DNA from: Malacoraja senta
Taxonomy: Eukaryota
Reading direction: 5' to 3'
Assembly: GCA_038087875.1 (NCBI GenBank)
Contig: CM075992.1
Coordinates: 11,038,001-11,102,000, forward strand
DNA length: 64,000 nt
Of this stretch, positions 49,751 through 62,248 are shown one piece after another. Each line of letters begins with the position of its first letter. The first letter of the stretch is position 1. The notes below the pieces were generated by a model. The model was not told where the DNA came from. It did not search any database and saw only the letters and a program-made list of their open reading frames with translations. The translations under genes were made by a program, and so were the position numbers.

Positions 49751-52378
49751 TGTTATAGGAAGGAACTGCAAAAGTTGGTTTAAACCGAAGATAGACACAA
49801 AATGCTGGAGTAACTCAGCTGAACAGGCAGCATCTCTGGATAGAAGGAATGGGTAATATTTCGGGTCGAGACAATCAGGGGAGAGGGAGATACAGAGATA
49901 AGGAAATGTAAAATGTGAGAAAGAGACAAATGTGATGGAGATCAAGGACAATGTAGAATAGATCAATGTTAGCAAGGAGAAGTTAACAACAAAGCAAACA
50001 GAGATAAAATGTAAACAAGGACAGTAAGACCGGTCGGAAAACTGGGAAGGGGGGAAGGATGGAGAGAGAAGGAAGGCAAAGGTTACGAAGTTAGAGAAGT
50101 CAATATTCATACCGCTGGGGTGTAAGCTGCCCAAGTGAAATCTGAGTTTTTGTTCCTCTCATTTGCGCTGGGCCTCACTATGACAATGGAGGAGGCCCAG
50201 GACAGAAAGGTCAGTGTGGGAATGGGAGGGAGAGTTAAAGTGTTTAGGAACTGGGAGATCAGGTAGGGAGCGGAGATGTTCAGTAAAACGATGGCCGAGT
50301 CTGCGCTTGGTCTCGTCGATATATACGAATCCACACCTGGAACAGTGGATACAGTAGATGAGGTTGGAGGAGGTACAAGTGAACCTCTGCCTCACCTGAA
50401 AAATTGTCGGGGTCCTAGGACGGAGTCGAGGGGGGAGGTATAGGGACACGTGTTGTATCTCCTGCAGTTGCAGGGGAAGGTAACTGGTGAGGGGGTGGTT
50501 TGGGTGGGAAGGGACGAGTTAATCAGGGAGTTGCGGAGGGAGAGGTCCATGTGGAAAGCGGAAAGGGGTGGAGATGGGAAGATGTGGCTATTGGTGGGAT
50601 CACATTGCAGGTGACGAAAATGCCCGAGGATTATGTGCTGTTTATGTGACGGCTGTTGGGGTAAAAGGTAAGGACTAGGGGGACTCCGTCCCTGTTGCAA
50701 CTGGGAGGGGGGGGGAGGGGGGGAGCAAGAGCGGAGCTGCAGGATATTGAGGAGACTCGTCAATGATTGAAGTAGCAATGTTACAAAATTTTGAGATTTT
50801 AAAAATAAAGTCTGCAATTTATCCCATCAGATAAAGCATAAAAAGAAGTTTAATTTGACACCTAATTCACTTTAATATCTTCAGTATTAAAGAAGTTATG
50901 GCCATTTTCATGCTCGGAAATTAGCATCTTGTTCCCTATTGCTTTTCCATTGACTTAACACAAAAGCTGTGATCGAGGACAGTTAAAAGCCCATACCTTT
51001 CTTAAAAATTAAGATAACTGAAAGAAATTTTCAGTTATTATAGATTGAAGCATTCTGAAACAAATATGAAACAATCTTACTTAGAAGACATGAAAGTAAA
51101 GCATATAATTAGTTAGTTACTTAATTGTAGCTAATTACAAAATTCAATTACTAGATCTAAACATCTATCAATTTCTTAAGAATAGATTAACATTTTTAAA
51201 TAGCCTAAGTGTCCAAATAACAGTCACACAATAATTCACAATATAACATAATTTTTAAATCTCATTTTCATGAATTTACAGGCCAAATGGAAGGAATTGA
51301 ATGTTTAATACCTGTAAATTAATGGGCATTTAAATCATCTTGTGAGTGAGGATTTCTGGAACGCGATCAATTGGAACGTTCATTTGCGGTGAATTTAACC
51401 CCGTATTGGCATGAAAAATGCTGCCGTTAGTTCGGGGAATAAAATCACCGTTTCGCATGAAAAAATGTGAATTAAAGGCTTCTTAAGAAGCACTTTTATA
51501 CATTTAAAGAAACCACTTTCGTTTACCTGTCCCGTGCGTGAAATCCGTCCCCGTTATCGGCGTAGACGCTTCAGGAGCTGCTTTTAAAATTACTCCAGCG
51601 CTGACATTGACGATTTAATAAAAATAAAAAATTCACAAAACGCCACTAGGAACGATTCTTCAGCCAACGCTTGTACTCCAACGAAATATAATTCAGGACA
51701 AGGGAGGAGAAACCGCGTTTTAACCCTGCCCCCCTTAAAGGCGCCAAAATCGCGCACACGGCCAGTAGCAGAATTACAGCGCGACTGAAGGTAAGTTTTG
51801 TAACATACCTAATTGAAGAGAGGAACCCCCATGCCCTAAAGAATGAGGACATCTCGGATCTCCTGGTATGGAACACCTCATCTTGGGCGCAGATATGGTG
51901 TAGATGGAGGAATTGGGAGTAGGGGATAGAGTCTCTACAGGAAGCAGCGTGAGAAAAGTGTAGTCAAGATAGCTGTGGGAGTCAGTGGGTTCACAATAAA
52001 TGTCTGTTGATAGTTTATCTCCTACGATGGAATTGGTGAGACCAGGAAATGGTAGGGAGATGTCATAGATGGTCCAAGTAAATTTGAGAGCACGATGGAA
52101 ATTAGCAGTAAAGTTAATGTAGTCAGTGAGTTCTGCATGGGTGCAGGAGGTAGCACCGATGTAGTTATCAATGTAGCAGAGAGAGTTCGAGGATAGGGCT
52201 AGTGTACGGCAGGAACAGGATTGTTCAACGTACCCTATAAAGAGGCAGGCATAGCTGGGGCCCAGGCGGGTGCCCATGGCTACGCCTTGGATCTGGAGGA
52301 AGTGGGAGGAGTTGAAGAAGTTATTAAGAGTAATGACCAGCTCTGCTTGGCGAAGGAGAGTGTTGGTGGAGGGAAATT
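49751..52378 (-). mobile_element. Penelope-like retroelement (RT + GIY-YIG endonuclease), degraded
   Basis: RT motifs QIQGVAMGTRLGPSYACLF, YID, LKFT; GIY-YIG region FTCTSSNLIYCIHCSRCGFVYIDETKRRLGHRFTEH; 3' UTR shared with many short fragments in the window (e.g. ~890-1290, 6710-6960, 9660-10230, 38130-38800, 38940-39370, 58290-58810). Confidence 0.88.
50773..51811. mobile_element. Non-autonomous ~1 kb AT-rich DNA transposon, copy 2
   Basis: Same TIRs; TSD ATTGAAG (50766-50772, 51812-51818); interrupts a Penelope-like element. Confidence 0.9.
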
Positions 52379-52839
52379 GATGTTCTACATGTAAAAAAAG
52401 ATTTAAATATAAATAACAAAAAAAATTCCAGCAAGGAGGATGATTGAGATTACAAAAATAGAGGCAGTAATAGTGCCACAAAGACAGCTTTATGAATTGC
52501 TATATTTAGAACAAACCATCAGAAGTTGTCTTTACTAAGCACATAAATCCTCCAACATTTTCGCCCCCTCCAACTGGATCCCGCTACTGGCCACATCTTA
52601 TCATCTAGTCAGAGCAAGAATGAGAAGAAATTTCTTCAAGCGTAGGTCATCAGCCTCAGAAGTTCCTGTCTAATGAAGGCTGTGACTGGTCAGGTCCAGA
52701 GGGATGTTGCTGCTAGATTGTGTCTCTGTGAATAGTGAACGGATCAATGCGAGGGATCAACCTTGTTCTCCATCTTATCTACCTGTCCACAATAGCATTA
52801 GTACAAGTGACCAACACTGTCCTTGTCGAGATCAACTGC

Positions 52840-53147
52840 CCAGCACAGTGGTGCAGCGATAGAGTGGTTGCCTTGCAGTGCCAGAGACCCGGGTTCGATC
52901 TTGACTATGGGTGCTGTCTGTACGGATTTTGTACGTTCTCCCTATGACTGAATGGGTTTTCTCCGGGTACGCTGCTTTCCTCCCACATTCCAAAGACATG
53001 TAGGTTTGTAGGTTAATTGGCTTCTGTAAATTGTCCCTAGTGTGTAGGATAGAACTAGAGTACCGGTGACCATGGGTCAGAGTGAACTCAGTGGGCCATA
53101 GGGCCCGTTTACACTCTGTATCACTAAACTAACCTACACTAAACTAC
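52840..53147 (+). mobile_element. tRNA-derived V-SINE/HE1-like SINE
   Basis: A box TGGTGCAGCGATAG, B box GGTTCGATC, core tgggttttctccgggt...cctcccaca, (ACTAA)n tail; further copies at ~1-125 (+), 9578-9660 (+, head only), 54790-55105 (+). Confidence 0.85.
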
Positions 53148-55873
53148 ATTTTCTGAAGCATTTCTAATTTCTATATAGTAGAGAATCAGGGCCTATCTGG
53201 CAGCTCCAAGTTGTACATCATGAGGCATGGTGGGGCTTCAATGGCATACACATTCACCAGCACCATCTGTAACCATATGGCCCATACACCCTCACTCGAT
53301 TATTTCTCTCCAACCAGGGAGTCGACGTTGGCTCAGGCAGGGCATCTGCACCTGATGTACCCAGGAATGAGATGCCAGACTAATGAAACTGCAAAGTTAA
53401 ACCATGCAGGAGACAGGGCCAAGTCAACATAGTGGATCTTTCTGGAGACCAACATCCCTACCACACCTAGTCATGAATGATGCTCATGAATTGTGTGCTG
53501 AAGGCAACGCTGAAGCTTTGCACCAGACCCAGTTAGAAGTAACAAGTGACTGATGCATCTGAGTTCCTCCTGAGATCTCCAGTATCTCAGAAGCAGGTCT
53601 TCAGCCAGTTCAGTTCACTCGAGCTGATAAAGAAATGGCTGTAAGCATTGGACAGAGTAAAGGTTTGATGATCAGATAACATCCTTGCTGCTGTATTAAA
53701 GAGCTGCTCTCTAAAACAAGCTGTGCCTGTAGTCAAACTGATCCAGTGTAGGTCTAGCATTAGTATCTACCCTACCAGTGGGGTGAATTGCCCAGGTGAT
53801 GTCCTGCCACAAAAAGCAGGACAAATGAATACAGCTACTTGGTGCGCGATCATCATCAAAGTGATGGGAGGAGACATAGAAGGTGCTTTCATCAATCACT
53901 CACTAGCTGATTCCCACTTTGGGATTCACAAACCCGAGGATGGAGCAAAGAGGCCTATAGCGAGTGCCCCTGACAGCAAAGCAGTATTTGATGGAGTGTG
54001 GCATTAAGCAGCATCTGGTAAACCAGGTCAGTGTGCATCAAAGTGAAAACATTCCAATGGATGGAGTCAGATCTCGCTCGTGGAAAGGCAGCTGTGGTCA
54101 TTGGACATCAATAATCCCACCCCAGGGACATCACTGCAGGAGTTGCTCAGGGCAGTTTCCTCAGCACAACCACCTCAGCTGCTTCCATCAGGAGATCAGA
54201 TGTTGGAATGTTTGTTGATGGATGCACAATGTCCTATTCCTGTGACAACTCCACAGCTAATGAAGCGGCCCCTGACTGCAGGCAGCAAGTTGTAGACAAC
54301 ATTCAGTGTCACATGACATTCACACCACAAATGCCAAATAATGACTGTCTCCAGTCAAACCACCTGGCTGGGCATCTCCTGGCACCTGCATCAGCTCTGG
54401 ACACCACAAAGCCTTTCCACCATCTACAAGGGACGTCAGGAATGTGGCCAAATACATGGCCAACATCTCTCAAGAGTTTGACACCATCCACAATGAAGCA
54501 ATCCCCATGATTAGTACCCCACCTATCACACTGAACACTTACTTTCTCCACTATTGGTGCCCAGTGATTTGAGTTTCATTCATGAGTTACTCACCCAGGC
54601 TGCTCCAACCCCATGGCTTTTACCACCAAGAAGCACAAGAGTTTCAAGCACATGGGAACATGACAACTTTTGTCCCTGTCTAAAATACACCCCCTCCTGA
54701 CTTGGGAATAACCTTCAGTGAATTAAGCAAAGCTTCATCACTGGGTCTAAGTCTGAGAACTTCTTCTCAGCAGCAGGCATGTGGGTAGTAGAGTGGTGAA
54801 GCTGGTAGAACAACTGCCTCACAACGCCAGAGACCCGGGTTTGATCTTGTCCTTGTGTGCTGTCTGTGTGGAGTTTGCAAGTTCTCCACATAGGTTTCCT
54901 CCGGGTGCTCTAGTTTCCTCCCACATCGCAAAGAAGTGCTGGTTTGTAGGTTCATTGGACAGTAAATTGACCCCAGTGTGTAGTCAATGGATGTGCAAGT
55001 GGGATAACGACCTCGTGTGAACGTGTGATCGATGTTTGACCAGCGAGGACTCGATGGGCCAAAGGACCTGTTTCCATGCGGTATCTTTCAATCAATTTGA
55101 TCAAACACTGTGGAAGCACCTTCAACAGGGCTGCGTAGTTTACAATACTGCCACCACCACCATGAACCAACAGAGATGGTCTCTAGACAATGCCAGGGAA
55201 TTACATAATGATTCTGGGCTGGTGCAGGTAAGTGTCTCTGAGGTAAAGGACAGTATTACTGAATGGTGCAGTAGACATGTGGGTTAAATGGCCTACTCCT
55301 GCCTCTGTTTCTGTGTCTTCCAATTTGGTGTAATTCTGGTGTAATTGATTCACACGGTAAGGGGCAATGGAAAACAACATCATAATGATCGTCACCAGTC
55401 CTGAGAGATTGTTGTTGAAAAATTGCAGCCCAATCCTGAATTCCGAGAGCAAATTCATCCAGTTTCAGGTTTTGAAGCCAGTTCAATCCCAGACATTCAG
55501 GAGAGCAGATCAAATGCATTCCAAGAGATCTAGAGTAAATCCATCCCCAAGTATTGAGCAGGTTCCATCAGCTCAGCACTGGATTATGATCGGGTTAAAT
55601 GCCACATGTATATTGAATGGAAACATTTGGACAGGTTATTCCATTTGCTGGCTTGCCAACTATAAACGTTTGCTTCATCTGCTCCGACTCCCATTATCCT
55701 CCAGTCATAGCTCTGGCTCCCTACACTCCACACTGTTTCATCACATGAGCTGCCACATCCATCCAGCCCCACGCTGCTGCCTCATGTCATGTGATACACC
55801 CAGAATGCAACGGAAGGAAGACAAGACCACCAATCAAACATCAGCCTGCACTCACCTCTGATCACATTTAACT

Positions 55874-56776
55874 CAATCAATCAATCAATCAAGCACTTTA
55901 TTTATCCCCGAGGGGCAATTCAAACAATACATTAAATCTGCACCGACCGGTCGACCGCATGAGCAGTGACCCGGCAAGGATTGGGTTGTCAGCAGCGACA
56001 CAACAATAAAGAACACACAAAAAGTAACACAAACATCCACCACAGCATTCATCACCGTGGTGGAAGGCACAAAAATTTGGCCAGTCCTCCTCCATTTCCC
56101 CCCCGTGGACAGGACCAGAGCAGAGTCAGTCCAGGATCGGCTCTTCCTCACCGGAGACCGCGGCTTTAGATTGTTGTAGGCTGCAGGCCGGCGGTCAAAA
56201 TTTAAAGTCCTCGCCGCAGCCAGAAGCAGGGCCGGTGGTCGAAGCTCCCCTCCAGGGGTGATGGTAAGTCCATGCTGGCCCCGCGGTAGAAGTTGGCCGC
56301 GGGCCGCCAGTGATGGCTTCTTCTTCCCCCGGGTCCCCCACGAGGGATCCCGGGCTGTAGACGCCGCACCAGCTGGAGCTCTGCAGACCGCGGCTTCAGG
56401 CTGCGACTTCAGGCTGCCGGCTGCCCCGGGCCAGCGAAACGGAGCGCTCCCCTCCAGCGAGCCCCAGCGAGGGTTCACCCGCTCCACGCCGAGAGTCCAC
56501 GCTGCGCCCGCCGCTGAAGCTCCAGGCATGTCTCCAGGAAAGGCCGCGCCGATCCTTGATGTTAGGCCACGGGGGAGGCGACCTGGAAAAAGTCGCCTCT
56601 CCATGGAGGAGGCGACCGAAGCGTTTTCCCCCTTACACCCCCCCCACACCACCCCCCGCACAAGACACACAAAGAAACATTAAATACATACTTTAAAACA
56701 TACTAAAAAAAAAAATTTAAGTTGAAAAAACTAACGCACTGCTGACATGGCTGCTGCCAGAATAGCGCCCCCTACA
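55874..56776 (-). mobile_element. GC-rich non-coding retroposon with Rex1-like tail and (TTGA)n
   Basis: Tail actttatttatccccgaggggcaatt resembles the Rex1 tail at 40442; core matches 5832-6181; possible TSD TTAACT. Confidence 0.8.
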
Positions 56777-56966
56777 TTAACTGGCAAACAAATACATTTC
56801 TCCAAAGTAGAAAAGAAAAGGATCCACCTGAAGGATTTTATTCCCAATTGCTGACATTGACCAGGAAATTAATCTTTGTGTCTCTGCTCCTGAATCACAC
56901 TTGATGTCTGCCTGTTGCTATGGTGATGAGGGTAAGCGCTCACTGTTTAACATTTCCTTTGTACAG

Positions 56967-57151
56967 ATGTTGCTGCCGTTGTCCTTATCTCCTACAAACA
57001 TCTGGACTCTCTTATGGAACCGAACCTTTTGGAAGGCAGCGAGAATGAAAGCAAGCTGGGGCTGAACTCGGAAGTTGTTACTGCCGCAGTAACGAACACA
57101 GGCAGGAACCACCTCCTGGAACCAATCACTCTCACCTTCAGCAACAAGAAG
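56967..57151 (+). CDS. Adhesion GPCR exon, GAIN subdomain B
   Basis: Acceptor catttcctttgtacag|, donor AAG|gtttgt; 185 nt, phase 1-0; (D)VAAVVLISYKHLDSLMEPNLLEGSENESKLGLNSEVVTAAVTNTGRNHLLEPITLTFSNKK carries the typical 'SY..L', 'LNS.V..A' and 'L.EP..TF' GAIN motifs. Not in the ORF track. Confidence 0.9.
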
Positions 57152-57384
57152 GTTTGTTCAGGAGCAGCAGCTGGAAATCTGAAATAAATGTAGAAAGTGC
57201 TGGAGTTATTCAGCAGGTCAGTCAGAATCTGTGAAGAGGAAGGAACTAATATTTCCCAATATTGTTTGGAATTCCATGATGTAGGAGGAATAGCAGGGTG
57301 TGGATGAGTCGTGGAAGGAAACCTGTGCCCTTGTCTTTCTGACTGGAACAAGTTGGCAGAAACTTAGCAGCCCAGGGGTGTTAA

Positions 57385-57965
57385 AACATAGAAACATTGA
57401 AAATAGGTGCAGGAGGAGGCCATTTGGCCCTTTCAGCACTCATTGTGATCAAGGCTGATCATCCACAATCAGTAACCAGTGCCTGCCTTCTCCCCATATC
57501 TCTTGATTCCGCTAGCCTAGAGCTCTATCCAACTCTCTTTTAAATTTATCCAGTGAATTGGCCTCTACTGCCTTCTGTGGCAGAGAAGTCCACATATTCA
57601 CAACTCTGGGTGAAAACATTTTTCTCATCTCAGTTTTAAATGGCCTCCCCTTTATTCTTAGACTGTGGCCCGTGGTTCTGGACTCCCCCAACATTGAGAA
57701 AATTTTTCCTGCATCTAGCTTGTCCAGTCCTTTTATAATTGTATATGTTTCTATAAGATACCCTCTCATCCTTCTAAATTCCAATGAATACAAGCCCAGT
57801 CTTTCAAATCTTTCCTCATATGACAGTCCCGCCATCCCGGGGATTAACCTCGTGAACCTACGCTGCATTGCCTCAATAGCAAGGATGTCCTACCTCAAAT
57901 TAGGAGATCAAAACTGCACACAATACTCCAGATGTGGTCTCACCAGGACCCTGTACAACTGCAGA
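57385..57965 (-). mobile_element. 5'-truncated CR1 3' fragment
   Basis: QRRFTRLIPGMAGLSYEER...; (ATAGAAAC)-like tail at the left end. Confidence 0.88.
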
Positions 57966-59279
57966 TGGACCAGTCTCAACTGGGCCCTGGTGAGACCACG
58001 TCTGGAGTTGAGGGGGAGTTAATTACTTTGGGGTAGATGGGTGCCAGGAGGTGAGTCACTAAGTGGGTTATGATTAGTGTTATGGTTGGAATCATGTCAC
58101 CACATTCAAGTCACTCATTAATATAGCATAAGAACAGGCCATTCAGCCCACCGCATCATTACTGACCAGTGGCTACGCATCTGGTATTAATCCCATTCCC
58201 AGCACTTGGCGTATAACCTGCTCTACCTAGGTCCTCATCCAAACATTTATTAAATGCTATAATTCTTATCTACTGCATCCATTGTTCCCCCCAATGTGGG
58301 CTTCTGTACATTTGCACGATCAAGCATAGACTCAGCGACTGTTTCGCTGAACACTTGCGCTCGGCCTACTGGATCACCTGGACTTCCCCTTCCCAACTGA
58401 CCTTTGTGTCCTAGGCTTCCTCCATTGCCAGAGTGAGGCCACACACAAACTGGAGGAAATTGGGTGGCTCAATATCCAATGGTATAAGCATTGAATTATC
58501 TAATTTTATGTAAGGTATATAAATACCTCACTCTCCCTTCCCCTTCTTCAAGCCTCCCCCCCCCCACCCCCTCCCCCCCACTTCCTCCACTAAAGATCCG
58601 TTAACCAGCCCCGCAGTTCAAAACTATGTATCCCTTTTGTGTTCAGACCTATCTCCAGCCTACAATCAGCTGTTGCAGTCCCTGATTTTTCGCTTACCGG
58701 TTTTTCCCTACTCACCCGACTACAATCGGTCTGAAGAAGGGTCCTGATCCAAAACATCACGTGTGTAATTTCTCCAGAGATCCTGCTTAGCAATGCTGAG
58801 TTACTCTGACAATTTGTCTCTCTCTACTTAGGAAATGCATCAGTGACTCTGCTCCCACCACTCTCTCAGGCAGTGTGTGCCACTCTCTGAAAATGCATCC
58901 CCTCAGATCCCCTTGGTCTATTTTAACTTTTACCTGATCAAAGTTCTCCATGTTTATCTATCGTAGTTTCCTGCGGCCGACCCTTGAAACACCCCCCATA
59001 AATCATAATACCTCAGTAATGTTCCATTATGAGAAAAAATACACGTAGTCTCTCCAGTCTTTCAGAACTGAAAATTAATCCCAGGCAACATCCTGATGAG
59101 TCTTCTCAGCACCCACACCAATGTTAATGAATCTTTTCAATAAAGAAACATAAAAGTGAGGTAGCGAGAGTTAAAGGTCTGCTTGTTCTTGTTAGAGTGA
59201 AGGGCATGGGTGGCAGAAGTAGGAAGCGTTGGATGACAAGAGATATTGAGGCTCTGGTCAAAACAAAGAAAGAGGCATA

Positions 59280-60883
59280 CAGTGGCTTGCAAAAGTATTC
59301 ATACCCCTTGAACTTTTCCACATTTTGTCACGTTACAACCACAAACGTAAATGTATTTGATTGGGATTTTATGTGATAGACCAACACAAAGTGGCGCATA
59401 ATTGTGAAGTGGAAGGAAAATGATACATGGTTTTCAAATTTTTTTACAAATAAAAAACTGAAAAATGTCGCGTGCAAAAGTATTCAGCCCCCTTTACTCT
59501 GATACCCCTAAATAAAATCCAGTGCAACCAATTGCCTTCAGAAGTCACCTAATTAGTAAATAATGTCCACTTGTGTGTAATCTAATCTCAGTATAAATAC
59601 AGCTGTTCTGTGAAGGCCTCAAAGGTTTGTTAGAGAACATTAGTGAACAAACAGCATCATGAAGCACAAGGAACACACCAGACAGGTCAGGGATAAAGTT
59701 GTGGAGATGTTTAAAGCAGGGTTAGGTTATAAACAAATATCCCAAGCTTTGAACATCTCACGGAGCACTGTTCAATCCATCATCCGAAAATGGAAAGAGT
59801 ATGGCACAACTGCAAACCTACCAAGACATGGGCGTCCAACTAAACAGACAGGCCGGGCAAGGAGAGCATTGATCAGAGAAGCAGCCATGGTAACTCTGGA
59901 GGAGCTGCAGAGATCCACAGCTCAGGTGGGAGAATCTGTCCACAGGACAACTATTATTCGTGCACTCCTCAAATCGGGCCTTTATGGAAGAGTGGCAAGA
60001 AGAAAGCCATTGGTGAAAAAAAGCCATAAGAAGTCCCGTTTGCAGTTTGCCACAAGCCATGTGGGGGACACAGCAAACATGTGGAGGAAGGTGCTCTGGT
60101 CAGATGAGACCAAAATTGAAGTTTTTGGCCTAAATGCAAAACGCTATGTGTGGCGGAATCCTAACACTGCACATCACCCTGAACACACCATCCCCACTGT
60201 GAAACATGGTGGTGGCAGCATCATGCTGTGGGGATGCTTTTCTTCAGCAGGGACAGGGAAGCTGGTCAGAGTTGATGGGAAGAAGGATGGAGCCAAATAC
60301 AGGGCAATCTTGGAAGAAAACCTGTTAGAGTCTGCAAACGACTTGAGACAGGCGGAGGTTCACCTTCCAGCAGGACAACGACCCTAAACATGCAGCCAGA
60401 GCTACAATGGAATGGTTTAGATCAAAGCATATTCATGTGTTAGAATGGCCCAGTTAAAGTCCAGACCTAAATCCAATTGAGAATCTCTGGCAAGACTTGA
60501 AAATTGCTGTTCAGACGTTCTCCATCCAATCTGACTGAGCTTGAGCTATTTTGCAAAGAAGAATGGGCAAAAATTTCAGTCTCTAGATGTGCAAAGCTGG
60601 TAGAGACATACCCCAAAAGACTTGCAGCTGTAATTGCAGCGAAAGGTGGTTCTACAAAGTATTGACTCAGGGGGGCTGAATACTTTTGCACGCGACACTT
60701 TTCAGTTTTTTATTTGTAAAAAAATTTGAAAACCATGTATAATTTTCCTTCCACTTCACAATTATGCACCACTTTGTGTTGGTCTATCACATAAAATCCC
60801 AATAAAATACATTTACGTTTGTGGTTGTAACGTGACAAAATGTTAAAAAGTTCAAGGGGTATGAATACTTTTGCACGCCACTG
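59280..60883 (+). mobile_element. Tc1-family DNA transposon (IR/DR-type long TIRs, TA TSD)
   Basis: TA|CAGTGG...CCACTG|TA; ~215-bp TIRs (59280-59493, 60669-60883), each with inner and outer GCAAAAGTATTCA direct repeats; inserted in a + strand CR1 ORF2 fragment. Confidence 0.97.
59659..60665 (+). pseudogene. Tc1 DD34E transposase, disrupted
   Basis: HTH region, GRP, WSDETK, then after a frameshift near 60350 FQQDNDPKH and WPS*SPDLNPIENLW (in-frame stop), a second frameshift, ending TKY*. Confidence 0.93.
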
Positions 60884-61390
60884 TATGTCAGCTAGAGGCA
60901 GCTGGAATCGAGGAAACACCTGGAGGAGTATAGGGGATGCAGAAATACACTTAAGGAAATGAGGAGGGCAAAAAGGGGCAATACGATAGGTTTGGTGGAG
61001 AAGATTAAGGAGACACCAAAGAGTTTTTAGAAGAAATTTTAATAAGATAAAAAGAGTAACTTGGGGGAGAATTGGGAGCCTCATAGACTAAAGTAGACAT
61101 CTATGTGTTGAGCCGCAAGATATGGCAGAGGTCCTCAATAAATATTTCACCTCTGTATTTACCGTGGAGAAAAAGCAAAAGACTAGGGAGCTCAGAAAAA
61201 TTATGCTGTGATCTTGAGTAAAACACACGTGCTGGGTAACTCAGCAGTTCAAGCAGCATCTTTGGAGGGAATGGACAGGCCACATTTCAGGTCAGAACAC
61301 TTATTCATATTTATATGAGGTGTTGTTCCTCCACTTTGCATGTGGCCCTAATCTGGAAATGGATGAGGCCCAGGACAGAAAGGTCAGTAT

Positions 61391-62106
61391 ACAATACAAT
61401 ACAATTTATTTGTCTTTTGGACAAATTTGTCATTTGGACCCCGTTGAGGTCCAAACGAAATGTCGTTTCTGCAGCCATACATTACAAAACGAAGAAGACC
61501 CGAGACACAACACAATTTACACATACATCCATCACAGCGCTGTGATGGAAGGCAAAAAAACGTATCTCTCCACTGCACTCCCCCCCCCCACCCCCACCGA
61601 TGTCAGAGTCAAAGTCAAAGCCCCCGGCGGGCGATGGTGATTATCCCGCGGCCATTAAAGCCACGCCGGTTAATGCAAGGTCGCGCACCGGGTCTTGGTG
61701 TTAGAGCCCCGGCGCTCGCTCGCAAAGTCCGGCGGCCATTCCAAGCCGCGCGGGGCGATGATGTAAAGCCCCGCTCCAGGTGCTCTTCAACCCCGCAACT
61801 CGGGCGGCAGAAGTCGCCGCTGCGGAAGCCCCGAAAAGCGGTCTCCCACCAGGGTACCGTCCGCCAGACCCGCGGTTGTAGCCTCCGAATCTCCGGGGGT
61901 CGGGTAGCAGCAGCGATTGTCTCCACCACAGCTCCACCCGCTCCGGACTCGGCCAGCCCCGCGACGGTGAGTAGTCCGCAGCTCCGCAACTGGAGCCCCA
62001 GCTCGTTCCTGCTGGAGGCCGCTCCACGTTGCCCAGCCCCAACGACAACGGAGACCCGACAAAGAAAAGGTCGGGTCTCCCGTGCAGGGGAAAGATTTTA
62101 AATGAA
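61391..62106 (-). mobile_element. GC-rich non-coding retroposon with (TATTG)n tail, inserted in a Penelope fragment
   Basis: TSD AGTAT (61386-61390, 62107-62111); the flanking Penelope sequence rejoins. Confidence 0.8.
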
Positions 62107-62248
62107 AGTATGAGAATGGGAAGGGAAGTTAATATGGTTAGCAACTGGGAGATCCACTCTTGGCGGAACGGGTGTAAGTGTGCGGTGATTCGGTCATCTC
62201 ATCTATACTTGGTCTCGTTGATGCTAAATATTTTTTCTCTCTCACCAG

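Noticed and set aside
52840..52915. tRNA-like A/B boxes
   Set aside because: Head of a tRNA-derived SINE followed by SINE core and tail, not a tRNA gene.
53150..54770. Probable very old LINE ORF2 remnant giving several short ORFs
   Set aside because: Only faint motifs; family and boundaries cannot be supported, and no exon-like signal is required by the gene's phase chain.
55100..55860. Possible ancient Gypsy gag/protease remnant (LGLNWLQNLKLD on the minus strand)
   Set aside because: Too degraded; no LTRs or continuous frame I can verify by eye.
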